The notes beneath the pieces are model-generated. The model searched no databases and was not told the DNA's origin. It saw only the letters and a list, made by a program, of their open reading frames with translations. DNA of 64,000 nt from Octopus sinensis (taxonomy: Eukaryota). Positions 42,428-55,032 of this stretch are shown here, piece after piece. Position numbers and translations under genes: made by a program. The stretch spans positions 73,532,001 through 73,596,000 of the forward strand of contig NC_042998.1 of assembly GCF_006345805.1 (NCBI RefSeq). Direction: 5' to 3'. The first letter of the stretch is position 1, and every line of letters starts with the position of its first letter.

Positions 42428-42654
42428 CAACGTTATTTCTAAATCTCTCAACGAGAGATCAACGAGAGATATTCAGTAACAGTTCTTTGAAGTAAAGACA
42501 ATTTGCCAACATAATGTGGCTGCCCTGGATGGGACTACTGTTACTGTTGTTTAGCCCCAGGAAACATCGTTTCCAGCCGGCTATACAACACAATATCTGT
42601 GTCCTTATATTTTCGAAAAGGGAGTCCAGCACCCCCATCCAGCACAAAGAAGAT

Positions 42655-42775
42655 TTGTTTTTTCTAGCTCGGAGCCGCGAAAACTAATAAGAGAGGGTAC
42701 AGGAGGCAGTCGAAAAAGCCAGCTTATATATATGGCTGAAGCGGAAAGACCAAAAATGGCTTGAAAGTCATAACA
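42655..42775 (+). pseudogene. HERO-like RLE retrotransposon C-terminal fragment
   Basis: FSSSEPRKLIRE/VQEAVEKASLYIWLKRKDQKWLE resembles the A.EKAS.WIWLKR....W end of HERO-clade ORFs (recalled motif). Confidence 0.5.
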
Positions 42776-42860
42776 TGCCGGTGGGAAATAACATCACTAG
42801 GTGAGACAAGCTGACACTGAATAAGCTTCGCTGACTGACAGGTGGTGGTCGTTTAGAGAA

Positions 42861-43321
42861 TGTGTGGGCTAAGACTACGCACCTTCATTGGTCAGTTAAA
42901 GTTAAGACAGTGTTACGTGACATCTTGCAGGGGATGCCTGCTGGAGCCTAGCGGTAGGTATTTAAAAGGGAAAAGTTTGACAAGTCAGTCAGTCGCCCGC
43001 TGACACTCGTTGACGCTACATCGAAGAGGCCAGGGAACAGAAGAAAGAAGAAAGAAGACATGCACCCAACACCACAGCTGAAGACACCTCCGAAAGATGG
43101 GGAGGGGGTGCGCCACATCAAAACGGTAGAGGAGTTGGAGCCGAAATCGGACGTGGTTCCTCCTGATGATATCTTGAGCTAACTGGATTCTATAAAGGAG
43201 CTATTGTTGTAGCAGACCACGAAACACGGTTGTAATTCCGAAGTGTGCAGGATCTGTGTATCATTAATGCTATTCTGTAGTGACCTCGTTCGCAGCGGTG
43301 GGGCGGTTATCTCCCCAGTCA
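42861..43321 (+). mobile_element. GC-richer block, possible solo LTR or retrotransposon 3' UTR
   Basis: TG...CA ends, internal cattgg, ttacgtga and tatttaaaa motifs. No target-site duplication found. Confidence 0.3.
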
Positions 43322-43472
43322 GTACTTAGGCATGCTCTTTTTGTGACTATAATGATCTTTGATTCTTTGCTTCTAGCAAAATAGGTACCTCCCTGTACAC
43401 TCAGTCACTACTAGGGACAATTAAATGTTTCCTTTTCGGTTTTATATTGCGTCTCGCCACCTTCGTTGTTTA

Positions 43473-43555
<83 letters not shown>

Positions 43556-44073
43556 TATCTGTGTCTTTGTGTGTGTTTCTTCTATTTTGTAATTAATATA
43601 AATCCTCCACTGAGGAAGGAGCCGGTTTCCAACAAAGATACAAGGCTCCATCTTTGAGATGTAGTTAACACGTGTGTATGTATGCATGTATGTATGTATA
43701 TTAATAACCCTTTTTATCATATAATCAATAAAGACCAAAATAAAATTAATGAGCTCAAAGCGAGGTGGATAAAAAGTCATTATATTTTTGAAATCGAAGG
43801 CTACATTTGTTCAATGCATTTTTCTCTTAGCCACACGAACCGTGGAAGTAATAAGCTCTGTTGAACAGCGAATAAAACCGTTATGGCAGACAAAATATAT
43901 TCTATGTATACATGCCTGTGTATGAGTATGGCGTGTGTGTGTGTGTGTGTGTATGCAATTGTGTGTTTAGGCACATGTGTGTTTCCAGTATATGTGAATT
44001 GGTATTTGTATGTGTGGCTTCAAATTTTATGTGTGCGTTGCGTGTGCGTGCATATGATATATATTAAATATAA

Positions 44074-44104
<31 letters not shown>

Positions 44105-44129
44105 CATACATATATGATGCATATCTGTA

Positions 44130-44440
<311 letters not shown>

Positions 44441-44900
44441 TATAGCGCGTGTGTGCGTGTATAAGTTTGTATATAAACATATTAGACATGTATATGTTTG
44501 TGCGTTGCCCTGTGTGCACCCTTGCTTCGCCAATCGGATTGATAAGTAAATAAAGTCGCCTAGAAATACCGGATGTACACAGCGCCTCTATATAAATATA
44601 CACCAAATGTGTTTGAAGTCTCTATAGACAATTTTTTAAAGGGCTGAAATGGAAATTTCAAGTGAAAACCAAACATGCCTACAATATATTCTGACGCAGA
44701 TTTTAGCAAAACTCTGTAGAATGAAAGAGTGGAAAAGTTGATTGTTGCTTTGCTTAATGGCTGCTTACTGGTCTGACAGATAAAGTAAATAGTCTTCCCG
44801 GAAGAAAGGAAGTGATATAGAAGCAGTTCCGATTACAATGAAGAAACAAATGATTCTCTTACTTCCCTAGTAACAATGAAGTCAGATTTACACTGATTTG

Positions 44901-44941
<41 letters not shown>

Positions 44942-45339
44942 GACACACACGCACGCGCGCACACACACATATGTAACATGAATAAACGCAGTAAACCTTC
45001 ACTGGCTGCTGGTTACTCATTTTCTTTATTCCCCATTGTACATCAGAAGTGGTCTAGAATCAGACGTAGAAAAAATTGAACACTTACTGTACTCCTAAAT
45101 ACTGATAGAGTCTGTTATATGTCTGCATACATACACACAAAAAGGCAATTCCAGACAGATACACATGCAAATACAGAATGACATACAATTACACATTGTT
45201 AAACATACAAAATTATGTATTAAGATATATACAGTGTTAAATGTGATTTCAAACATTACTGTTGGTTATAACTTGGAGATATATGGTCTTTGTAAACAGC
45301 TTGTAATCCATCGTGTCCATAATGTGCTTTGTTATGACG

Positions 45340-46080
45340 GAGATGGAGTGATGGTCTATCCAGCACTCATAACCTGCAAGCCTTCTTACTTTCAGTATAC
45401 ACCTTGAGGTCTTTATGTCATGTCATGCTATAATAGATGGGGTGGTTATGGAGCATCGATGATCAGAAGAAACATTATACCTATTGTTGTGGCAAAAATA
45501 GGATATTTGTACTCACCAGGCTGTATTCAACCTGATGAGGAGGAGTGCACTGTTGAAATTGGCCTTGCGAACTCCATTTTTCGCAAATTACTAGGACCTA
45601 TGGAATTTCTCGACTCTGACTTTGAAATCTCCTAAGAAAGGATGTTGACGTTGTTCAGAAAATAGGAGACAATGCCTTCATGTTCAGCGATGAACTTCTT
45701 GATTCGTGTTCCCCGTGCAGAGTTAGGGCAAGTCACTATTGCTTGTTTGTGATTGATGAACTGTTTCACAGTGTATCTCGAGATTCGTTGAATAACTACT
45801 CTGTGAATGTTCCGATGATCACCATCAATACCTCTTCACAGAAACTTGTTTTGAGCTTTCCTTTTCTTTTAGATGCCTCTTACTTGCTCTTTAAGTCTCA
45901 CCGTAAACAATATTTTCAAACTAAAATTTCTGGAATTCCTATGCAAAAACAAAACTGTTTTTCTCTGTGGTTGATCCGAGACTGAATTTCATCTTCACCG
46001 CATAACCTTCTAGATACAGCTTCTCAGCCAAGATTTTGCGGGCCAAATTATCTTTCTAGTTAGGTTGAGCAGAGTGAATC
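45340..46080 (-). pseudogene. RTE (BovB-like) LINE, AP-endonuclease domain remnant
   Basis: RLCGEDE (cf. ETRL.GE); FLGDFKVRVEKF...KNGVRKANFNSALLL (cf. LGDFNARVG..GK.GVG..N.NG.LLL); GYECWIDHH (cf. CWTDH). Confidence 0.8.
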
Positions 46081-47114
46081 CTAAATAGGGCCACTGAGAC
46101 TTGAATACTGCTGCCGATTGACATTCCTACTACTTCACCAACTGTTGACTTGTGTTGATCTACGGAATGAATACACCTATATCATATATCGAATAACGAT
46201 TATTAGATATCGTCCACCAGGTAGCACACGCTCCTTTGCATATCAACCAACTAATCACAACGGCAAACAAAGCAATATTATAGGAGATACGGGATCAGTT
46301 ATAAACTTTATTTACTTTCGCAGCCGTTGAGTTGAAATAAATTTAAGTGAATTGATAAACCGTTAGATGTCTGGGGTTTTCAGGTAGAATCGTTCTTGCT
46401 ATCCTCGATCTTGCCATCATGAATGGTTCTGCTATACATAAAATGGTTTCGAGATATCATACTTGGAAACATGAAAACAAGCAAGACTTTGGTACATGAA
46501 TTTAGAAGTTTTTTTTGAGTCTGTTATAAAGAAAAGATGAATTTATTTACTACTAACTCGTTTGACAGTTGCGAATCACTGAATTTAATTCCAACCAAAT
46601 ATCAAATTATTCTATAGCAATAAAAAACACAGCGTAGAAACAAAAAAACCTACTTATTTTCTATTCAATCGTTAATGATTTCCGCTTGAGATTGTGTACG
46701 TGTGTAAACATGCCCTAGATATGTTATGTTGGCAGTAATATGGGATGCTTTGGAGAAATAGAACTGGTGTGACAGTTAAGTAATACAACAAACGTTCCAG
46801 TTCACTCGTCGGATTTATCCTACAGTTGGAAGAAGATTTTTGGTCCAATCTACCGTATTAGCAGTCGTATATTGGCCAAGATCGGCAGTCGATTAGGATA
46901 AATTCATCTTTGGCAAGTGCTATATTTCATCGATGACGGAAGGATGAAGGAAAAAAATTTCATTCAGCGGGTTTTGAATGCAGACGGTAAAAAGGCGGAA
47001 CTAATTCTAAAATTAGTTTTGTATAACACTTTACAGATTCTGCTACTCCACCGGACACAGATAAAACGTACTTGAAGTGTTAAAACACTACATAAAGTGA
47101 AAACATTAATGGTT

Positions 47115-47152
47115 TTAATATCACCATCATCATTGTCGTCGTCATCATCATC

Positions 47153-47184
<32 letters not shown>

Positions 47185-47232
47185 CATCATCATCACCTCC
47201 ATCATCATCATTCAACCAGCATCATTATCATA
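47115..47232. repeat. (ATC)n microsatellite
   Basis: Direct repeat. It explains the poly-D ORF. Confidence 0.95.
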
Positions 47233-48189
47233 ATCTTCGACTTCTTCTTAACCACAGAGAAAGTATTGAATAGAAAATTAAAATAATGTGGTTTGTGTGT
47301 TTTATATGTCGTGTTGCTGTAATTGTTTTTATTGTTGTCGTTGTTGATGTCGTTGCTGTTGTTTCGGTGAAGGTGGTAGTGGTGCTGGCGCTGGCGCTGG
47401 TGGTGGGTGGCTCGCTGTTATTCTTGTTGTTGTTGCTTATTGCTACAGGCAGTGGAGTTTGTGTTACTATAGTTACTGATGATGAGGGGTTCGTTGTTAA
47501 AACACAAACTACTGGCCTTCATCACAGTAGAGATATTGATTTGTCTTGTCATTGCATCAACACATTTACATGTTCAGAGTATAGTCCCGTCTCTCTTCTC
47601 CTTCTCCTTCTCACTCTTCTCCCACCACTCACTCTCTTTCCGCCACTCTCTGTCTCCGTTTCTCTCTCTCTCTCCCTCTTTCTCTCGCCCTTTCCTTAGC
47701 TGTTTCATATATTATTCAATCGAAAGCTGAAGACCGTCAATACAACTATACACGCATCATAGATACCAACGTTCATACATACACGCATATACCCGGATAT
47801 ACGGGTAGAGTGAGTGGGAGTATAGGCATATATATATTTCATGTATACGAGTATTTATATGTTTCAGTGTGTGTGTGTGTGTTTATATACATATATATGT
47901 GTGTATGTATTATGCAAGAATCTATGTTGTTTTATATGCATATAATGATAGCAATAATGATTTTCTTCCACGGCACCGACCTATATAATTTTATGCTGAA
48001 CGTCAGCGTTGTCAATGACATTAGAAAGAGAAACTCTGCGAAGGTCCGAGGAGTTGCCCTTCACAAATATATGTGCATGTATATGTGTATGTGGTGGACA
48101 GTTAGTGTGCGTGTGAGCGGGTGTTTGTGTGTGTGTGTAGTCTGTGTGTATAATATATAATATTATTCTGATCTTAACTGATTGAGAGT

Positions 48190-48673
48190 ATTATCATGTA
48201 CATTGTCAGAATATGGGCTACAGCAAATATTCTGCTCAATACCACAGATTTGCTTGTCAGTTGTTTGACCTTAACTAGTTGACCATGTCCCTTAGTGGCT
48301 GACGATATGTGCATCTCTGACCACAAACAGAAGTAGTGGGGGAGCATCATAGCCGTGTGTTGAAAGGAATTCTTGGAGGTTTGGATAATTTACCTTTGGA
48401 AACATGGGTGGTTCGTTCAACATCCTTAAACAACTCTTATTCAGAGACCTCTTGAGTGTGATGGGCTACTCGACCAGAAGAAAATTCTAACTGGGCCCCA
48501 CCTGCAAGGTCATGCGCTGTTTATCTTGATATGCGATCACCATGTCGCGCACATTTGGTTTTGATGCATGTGCCTGGTGTACTCTTATCAGACGGGTAGT
48601 CATGATGGGTATATTGGGCTTCGTATATTTTACCCTAGTGTCACTTTGATAGCATGCACTGCTCTCTCATTCA
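48190..48673 (+). mobile_element. Dispersed repeat ending at an (AAC)n(AAT)n tract, probable retroposed 3' segment
   Basis: 48605-48673 is highly similar to 62238-62307, and both end ctgctctctca(c/t)tca immediately before AAC/AAT repeats. Confidence 0.7.
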
Positions 48674-48733
48674 GCAACAACAACAACAACAACAACAACA
48701 ATAACAACAACAACAATAATAATAATAATGATA

Positions 48734-48802
<69 letters not shown>
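48674..48802. repeat. (AAC)n(AAT)n microsatellite
   Basis: Direct repeat. Confidence 0.97.
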
Positions 48803-49288
48803 TACACTTGGTCTGATCAATAACTATCCGAAATGTTGTATAGTAACGAAGCTAAAGCACGCAGAATAAAGCCGTTTGACATAGATTGACCTTAAACTCT
48901 GCTGTGCATGCGCACTAACTTTTAACATTTTAGCTTACTTGCGCTGTTTGCAGCAGTCATTGGAAAGAAGGTGTGTAGCGTGTGATCGTCGCACTGACCA
49001 TCACAGAGAAAGTCGAGCAGAGAATCTGCATCAAATTTTGTTAAAGGCTTGGCGATACCTGATCAGAGGCCTATGGAACGTTTTCAAAAGTTTTCATCGT
49101 TTTCAACACAAACAAGGAGATCTTGTGCAATTGAAACCTGAGTGTCTTTTTCAATAATATATCATAAATGATAATATAAATACTCCGATTTAAAGCGATA
49201 TTTATCTAAACAACTAACTGAAAAGTAGTGAGCTTCTTCTCCGTAACTTATCAAGCCGCCGGGTTTGTTTACAAATGCTATACACACA

Positions 49289-49349
<61 letters not shown>

Positions 49350-49382
49350 CCACACACACACACACACACTCACTCACTCACA

Positions 49383-50604
49383 CAGTCATGACAGGAGTAA
49401 ATAGACACATAATAAAACATCGTTTTATGTTTATTCTCATTTGTATAGGATTATATTTTTTATTAATTGACATTTTTATGTATCAGATTCTATACGTTGC
49501 TGTTTGATTATACCATGAACAAAAGAAGCCTTGGAACTCTCTGACTTTCAAAGAGGCCGTATTGTTGGTCATTCTGAAGGTGGACATAGTCAGCGTAAAA
49601 TCACAGAAAACCTTGGGACTCTGCTTTCTACAGTCAATAGAGTGATTGTGCAATTCACCAGAGAGGGGAAGAAGTCCACATCACCTCGCCCAGATCAACC
49701 CGGGTATTCTGACAGGACCCTTCGCTTTGCTAAAAAAAAAAGTATGAAGGATAATCCTCGATGCAAGGCGTCTGACTTAGCAGATCAAGTTGAGGTCTGT
49801 CCCAGAACAGCTGTCAGCCATCTCTACACATTTGATTACTTTGGCAGAGCAGCAAGAAGGAAGCCACTTCTTCGACCAGCCAACATGAAGCGGAGAAACG
49901 ATTTGGCCAGTGGAGAGGCCACTAGCATTTTGGAACACTGGCATATTGTCTGATGAGTCCAAATTTGCTGTATTTCTTGACAGTGGTTGAGTGTGGGTCT
50001 GGAGACTCTGATTAAGAATTTAATGTGAAAAGATTGCAGCCAACAATGAAACACGGCAGCTATTCTGTGATGATCAGGGGAGCATTTTGGAGCAATGGTT
50101 GATCAGAGCTGGTGAAGTGTGAGGGTAACATAAACTCAGATAAGTATGCGTCCATATTGCAGAAAGGACTCCTTACAATCCTCTCCATTGGTGAAATGAT
50201 TAAAGAAGACTCTTTATTTATGGAAGATGGGGCTCCTTGTCAGACGGCTAAATTGACTCAAGATTTGTTGGATGAGAATGGCATTAAAAAGCTTTCATGA
50301 TCAAGCCAATCACCAGATATGAACACTATCAAATACCTCTGGGGTATAATGGAGAAGAACAAGAAAGCATCTTCAAAGCCCGATCTTTTGAGATTACTGC
50401 ATGAAATTTGTCAAGAAATTCCACAAGGGAATATTCGTCATCTGATCAGTAACATGCATTGTAAAATGCCAAGCGCATGTCTACTAAATATTAATATTCA
50501 CAGTATAACAATCAGAATCTTATTTGAATGTATAATTTCAGATTTAAACAAATTTTAATTATTATAAAGGTGCCATTTACTTCCGACATGTCTGTGCGTG
50601 ACTG
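49383..50604 (+). mobile_element. Near full-length Tc1-type DNA transposon, transposase pseudogenised
   Basis: [15 protein letters not shown]; [14 protein letters not shown]; /SDESKF; KHG..SVMIRGAF; EGNINSDKYASIL; FMEDGAPC; SQSPDMNTIKYLW (DD34E-type). Degenerate ~26-bp TIRs cagtcatgacaggagtaaatagacac / gtgccatttacttccgacatgtctg. Confidence 0.92.
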
Positions 50605-50650
50605 TATATATGTGTGAGCGTATCTGTGGTATATATATATATATATATAT

Positions 50651-50702
<52 letters not shown>

Positions 50703-50703
50703 T

Positions 50704-50845
50704 TTATTAATAAACCTGCAAAGACATCACAAAAGCTGTTACTCAACGTTTCACATTATCATTCGTCGGACAGTTTAGGTTGCGACGAACGAGAACAGGA
50801 AACTGAGTAACAGTTTTTGTGATATCTTTGCAGCCTTATTAATAA
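50704..50845. repeat. Head-to-head inverted pair of hammerhead-like element ends
   Basis: ~47-bp arms with 4 mismatches and a 2-nt indel. The minus strand 50736-50773 reads CTGT CCGACGA ATG ATAA TGT GAAA C GTTGA GTA ACAG. A more degenerate plus-strand copy lies at 50780-50813. Confidence 0.8.
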
Positions 50846-50946
50846 TGCATGTTACTTTACTGACGATATTCGAGTAACTTTTGTTCCATCTAGATTCATA
50901 TTTATGTGCTTTCTGGTATAGATATATATATATATATATATATATC

Positions 50947-50987
<41 letters not shown>

Positions 50988-51018
50988 TTATACATATATA
51001 CATATAACATATATATAC

Positions 51019-51060
<42 letters not shown>

Positions 51061-51139
51061 AACTCTTATATATATATACATACATATATGTGTGTGTATG
51101 TATGTATGCATTCATGTGTGTGTGTGTGTCTGAATCTGT

Positions 51140-51281
51140 GTTAGAACCGGTGCTGGTTTGTTTATGTCCCTGCAACTTAGCCGTTCGGTAACAGACAAAG
51201 ATAGATGTCAACTTATTCGACTAAATCCTCCAATGCGACATCATGGCTGCAGTCCAATGACCGAAACAAGTAAAAGATAAA
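51140..51281 (+). mobile_element. Degenerate 3' part of the (TA)n-containing SINE
   Basis: accggtgctggtttgtttatgtccctgcaacttagccgttcgg...catggctgcagtccaatgaccgaaacaagtaaaaga. Confidence 0.7.
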
Positions 51282-52154
51282 ATGCAAAAGTCATTTCGTT
51301 CAGAATTTTTACTTTAAGAGACTTAGAGCGTTATGAAGAATATGTTACGCTATTTTTTTTCCGGCACTTTGCATCCAGACTCCAATAACCGCTTTCACCT
51401 TTTGAGGATCGATAAGTAAATTAAACCAGCCCAGAGCGGCAAAGATGCTTGATCTTATTAGGAGACATCTTGCAGAATCTTCCCCAGTTAAAAATTTCCA
51501 CCTTATTAGAGTTCTTTGGGAATAGTGAGTTCATTACTTAGTACTATTATAAAATCCATTGTAAAAATGATAGTGCTTATAAATCTCGTATGAACTCAGA
51601 TCTAATGTGCTGTGAGTTCATAACAGCCAACATATCAAATAGATTGGTGCAAGAAGAAAATAAATCATTATTTATCTTGTGCACTGGACCTGACGAGCCA
51701 ATTATGCTGTACGTTTTGCGTTGTGATATATAACAAAGACATTTAGTCAATTAGTCACGATCTCCCTAGTAGGCAACATTGCTATTTCCCAGACAATTCT
51801 TATTCTGTTTTGTCTTCCGTGTTAAATTATATAGCTACCGTTTTTCTTCAGTTTACGTTTTGTTGTATGAGAGTTTTAGCGATGAAGATATACGGCTATC
51901 TAATTCTACGGGTTCAAATATTGGAGTAATGCGTAAACAGCTGACGAATAATTTAAAATATTCTGCATCAGTCTGAATTATCAAGTCTCTCATTCAATCA
52001 TTCAACATGACAATTATACATATAATATGCACGCTCAAACACACACATACATACTCACATGCATAGATACATACATATTTACTCGTGTAATGTCACTGTA
52101 TTTGATGCTGGTTTTCAACAGGAAAACTCAGGTACGACTTATACACGAGTAGTG

Positions 52155-52198
<44 letters not shown>

Positions 52199-52911
52199 AG
52201 ATAGGTAGATAGATAGATAGATACATACATACATACATACATACATACATACATACATACATACATACATACATACATACATACATGTTGGAAGTGAATT
52301 CAGTTACTGAATTTTAATAAAAAAAAAACTAGCTTAAATATGCTCTACTTTTGCAGAATCTAAGAATGAATACAAGGAAACGTGTAGTAGTAGTTATCTG
52401 GCGAATCACGCAAAATCTTTTTACACAAATTCGCCAGCAGAATTTCATACACAGGCATCTTTAATGAGATTGAGACTATGTGCTGCTTCACGAAGAGCAA
52501 TGCAAGGATTTTCTTTAATGTTTTCTGTCACATTGATAATCCAAAGAAATCAGAAGTATGTTTGAGAAGAAATTCACCAAAGCAGATCCAATAATGTCAT
52601 CCGTAAATTGGTAAACGAATTTAGATGAAGATATTTATCTCTTAGACGATCATTTCTTTTCTGACATATATAGTACCAGTTCGTTTTAAATTGTTCACAA
52701 TTCTACGAGACCGTCTTATCTGCTAGATCATTTGCTTTGGGGAATTTTTTTCCAAGCATATTTTGATTTCCTTGTATTTCTTGCCTTCGATACAACAAAT
52801 AGCTACAGCTACACACTCCCCTATATTAACCCTAAAAGTCTGCAAAAGAAAAACAGAGCTGTTTGTTCAAGAGTAGGACTAGATATATTACCACGCTACA
52901 TATATATATAT

Positions 52912-52955
<44 letters not shown>

Positions 52956-52960
52956 ATACA

Positions 52961-53790
52961 CGAGGAAGGATCAAAAGGATCCCGGACTAGTTATTTTTAA
53001 TAAAAAAATAGCTTGTTTACCTAAGTTTTAACATCATCTCCTTCGACATTGTCGCTTTGTGCAGCAATACACCGGCCCTAGCATTCCGTAATCGAGTCGA
53101 AGACATTCTGCTTTTCGTTCTGGATCTCGGTAACGATGTTAAAACGGCGACTTTGACCTGCAGTTTCATCTTGCGGAAGAGATGCAAGTCCGCAGGTGCT
53201 ACATCTGGCGAATAGGTCGGGTGAAGAAGTGATACCATCCTGTTTTTGGTGAGAAACTCACGAGTGAGGAGAACTCAGTCACAGGTTGCATTGTCGTCGT
53301 GAAGAATCCATTTCTTCGCGCACCATAGATCCGGTCACTTTCGCCGACTGTCTTCCCTTAAAGGCTTCACAACGTCGCAGTAGAGCTCTTAAATGATGGT
53401 CTGGCCCGGGCTGGGGGTGGATAATCAATGCACAATACCATATTTCCGAGGGTGACGCTGATGGCAGGTTTTCGAGATCGCACATCGTCTTCCAGAGACA
53501 TTCTTCTACTTTTGAAGCGCCCGCACACCACTCGAAACATTGAGTACCACCCATTTTGCATGTTTAATATCTCTGTAGTAGACTTCCCAAGTGAAAGGCA
53601 AAATTTCACGTTGTATCTTTGTTTCTGTCCACGACAAAATCGCAGACAACAAGATACTCATGATCATTAAAATGCAATTTTCACAATTTCACAACTTCGG
53701 CACACTTCTAGCTCTCACTGCACACGCAACCGTTTGCTGCCATCTGTTGGCGCGCTATAGAACTAGTCCGGAGACTTTTGATACCATCTC

Positions 53791-53791
<1 letters not shown>
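52961..53791 (-). mobile_element. Internally deleted mariner (DD34D) element with both TIRs
   Basis: VKFCLSLGKSTTE..GRFKSRRMSLEDDVRSRKP; then GQTII*ELYCDVVKPLREDSRRK*PDLWCAKKWILHDDNA; HPTYSPDVAPADLHLF. TIRs cgaggaaggatcaaaaggatcccggactagtt / aactagtccggagacttttgataccatctcg|TA. The region holding the first catalytic D is missing. Confidence 0.92.
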
Positions 53792-53847
<56 letters not shown>

Positions 53848-53850
<3 letters not shown>

Positions 53851-54229
53851 TTGTTTCAGTTATTTGACTGTGGTCATGCTGGAGCACCGCCTTTAGTCGA
53901 GCAAATCGACCCCGGGACTTATTCTTTGTAAGCCCAGTACTTATTCTATCGGTCTCTTTTGCCGAACCGCTAAGTGACGGGACATAAGCACACCAGCATC
54001 GATTGTCAAACAATGCTAGGGGGACAAACACAGACACACAAACATACATACACGCACGCATATATACGACGGGCTTCTTTCAGTTTCCGTCTACCAAATC
54101 CACTCACAAGGCTTTGGTCGGCCCGAGGCTATAGTAGAAGAAACTTGCCCAAGGTGCCACGCAGTGGGACTGAACCCGGAAGCATGTGGTTGGTAAGCAA
54201 GTTACTTACCACACAGCCACTCCTGCGCC

Positions 54230-54230
<1 letters not shown>
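53848..54230 (-). mobile_element. Best-preserved copy of the tRNA-head SINE with LINE-like tail
   Basis: aggcgcaggagtggctgtgtggtaag..ggttcagtcccactgcgtggcaccttgggcaag...gactaaaggcggtgctccagcatgaccacagtcaaataactgaaacaagta. Confidence 0.92.
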
Positions 54231-54311
<81 letters not shown>

Positions 54312-54334
54312 TATATATATAATATATATATATA

Positions 54335-54502
54335 TATAATTAAGGGTATCTAAAAGATACCACAATGCTAGATATAGCAGCTAAAACTGTATGAACATTT
54401 AATGTGGTTTTAGAGTCAAGTTTTGGCTGCTACATCTAGCATCAAGTATCTTTTAGGCTGCTATGTCTAGCATCTAGTATCTTTTAGATACCCTTAATTA
54501 TA
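54335..54502. mobile_element. 150-bp hairpin element with perfect 26-bp inverted ends including TTAA
   Basis: tataat-taagggtatctaaaagatac ... gtatcttttagataccctta-attata. TTAA at 54340-54343 and 54494-54497. A ~30-bp internal tandem duplication lies at 54421-54481. Confidence 0.75.
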
Positions 54503-54721
54503 ATTTTAATAATAATTATTACCTATGAAGTTAGCCACCTGATATGGTCGGTATTTTAAATTTATATAAATTTATATTTATACATAGATAAATAGAGAGC
54601 GAGAGAGAGAACATGCACACATATATATATATAACATATATAGCAGAACGTCAGTTTTCGGACAACTCTGATCAGGAATAAATCGCACTTTATCTCTTGT
54701 CTTTCTTAAATTTATTTAATA

Positions 54722-55032
54722 CAGCAGCACCTCGGTTTACGAACGTTTCTGATCACGAATAAATTGTGCTATATATATATATATATAGAAATGGTAAGAC
54801 AGCAAAAGAATGAAAGAGACCTCGATATTATGTAAATAGAGGAATTTATCTGTAAATATAATGTTACAATTATTCGGTAGCCATGATAAGACTCCAAGTT
54901 TCGGATGTCGGAGCGGAAACCCACGCCAGCATCTCTTCAGTTATCGGCCCATCGAAATAAATGCGATGAAAATATATATATAAAGCACGATTCATTCGCG
55001 ATCAGGGTTATTCGAAAACCGAGGTACTACTG
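54722..55032. mobile_element. Tigger/pogo-type MITE with ~49-bp TIRs enclosing the hammerhead-bearing insert
   Basis: Left cagcagcacctcggtttacgaacgtttctgatcacgaataaattgtgct vs right (reverse complement) cagtagtacctcggttttcgaataaccctgatcgcgaatgaatcgtgct. An extra degenerate left TIR lies at 54641-54689. Confidence 0.7.
54880..54948 (-). ncRNA. Type I hammerhead ribozyme candidate
   Basis: The minus strand reads GCC GATAA CTGAAGA GATG [CTGGCGTGGGTTTCCGCTCCGA] CATC C GAAA C TTGGA GTC TTATC AT GGC. Stem I GATAA/TTATC (extendable), both core boxes, stem II with one bulged C, near-palindromic stem III ACTT-G-GAGT, GUC triplet. Confidence 0.72.

Noticed and set aside
43140-43175. Permuted (type II) hammerhead: cgaaatcggacgtggttcctcctgatga
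   Set aside because: No valid NUH with a stem I of usable length, and stem II does not pair.
52080-52151. Mini-element with 10-bp inverted ends tactcgtgta/tacacgagta
   Set aside because: Too short, and the orientation is opposite to mariner TIR polarity. Probably chance.
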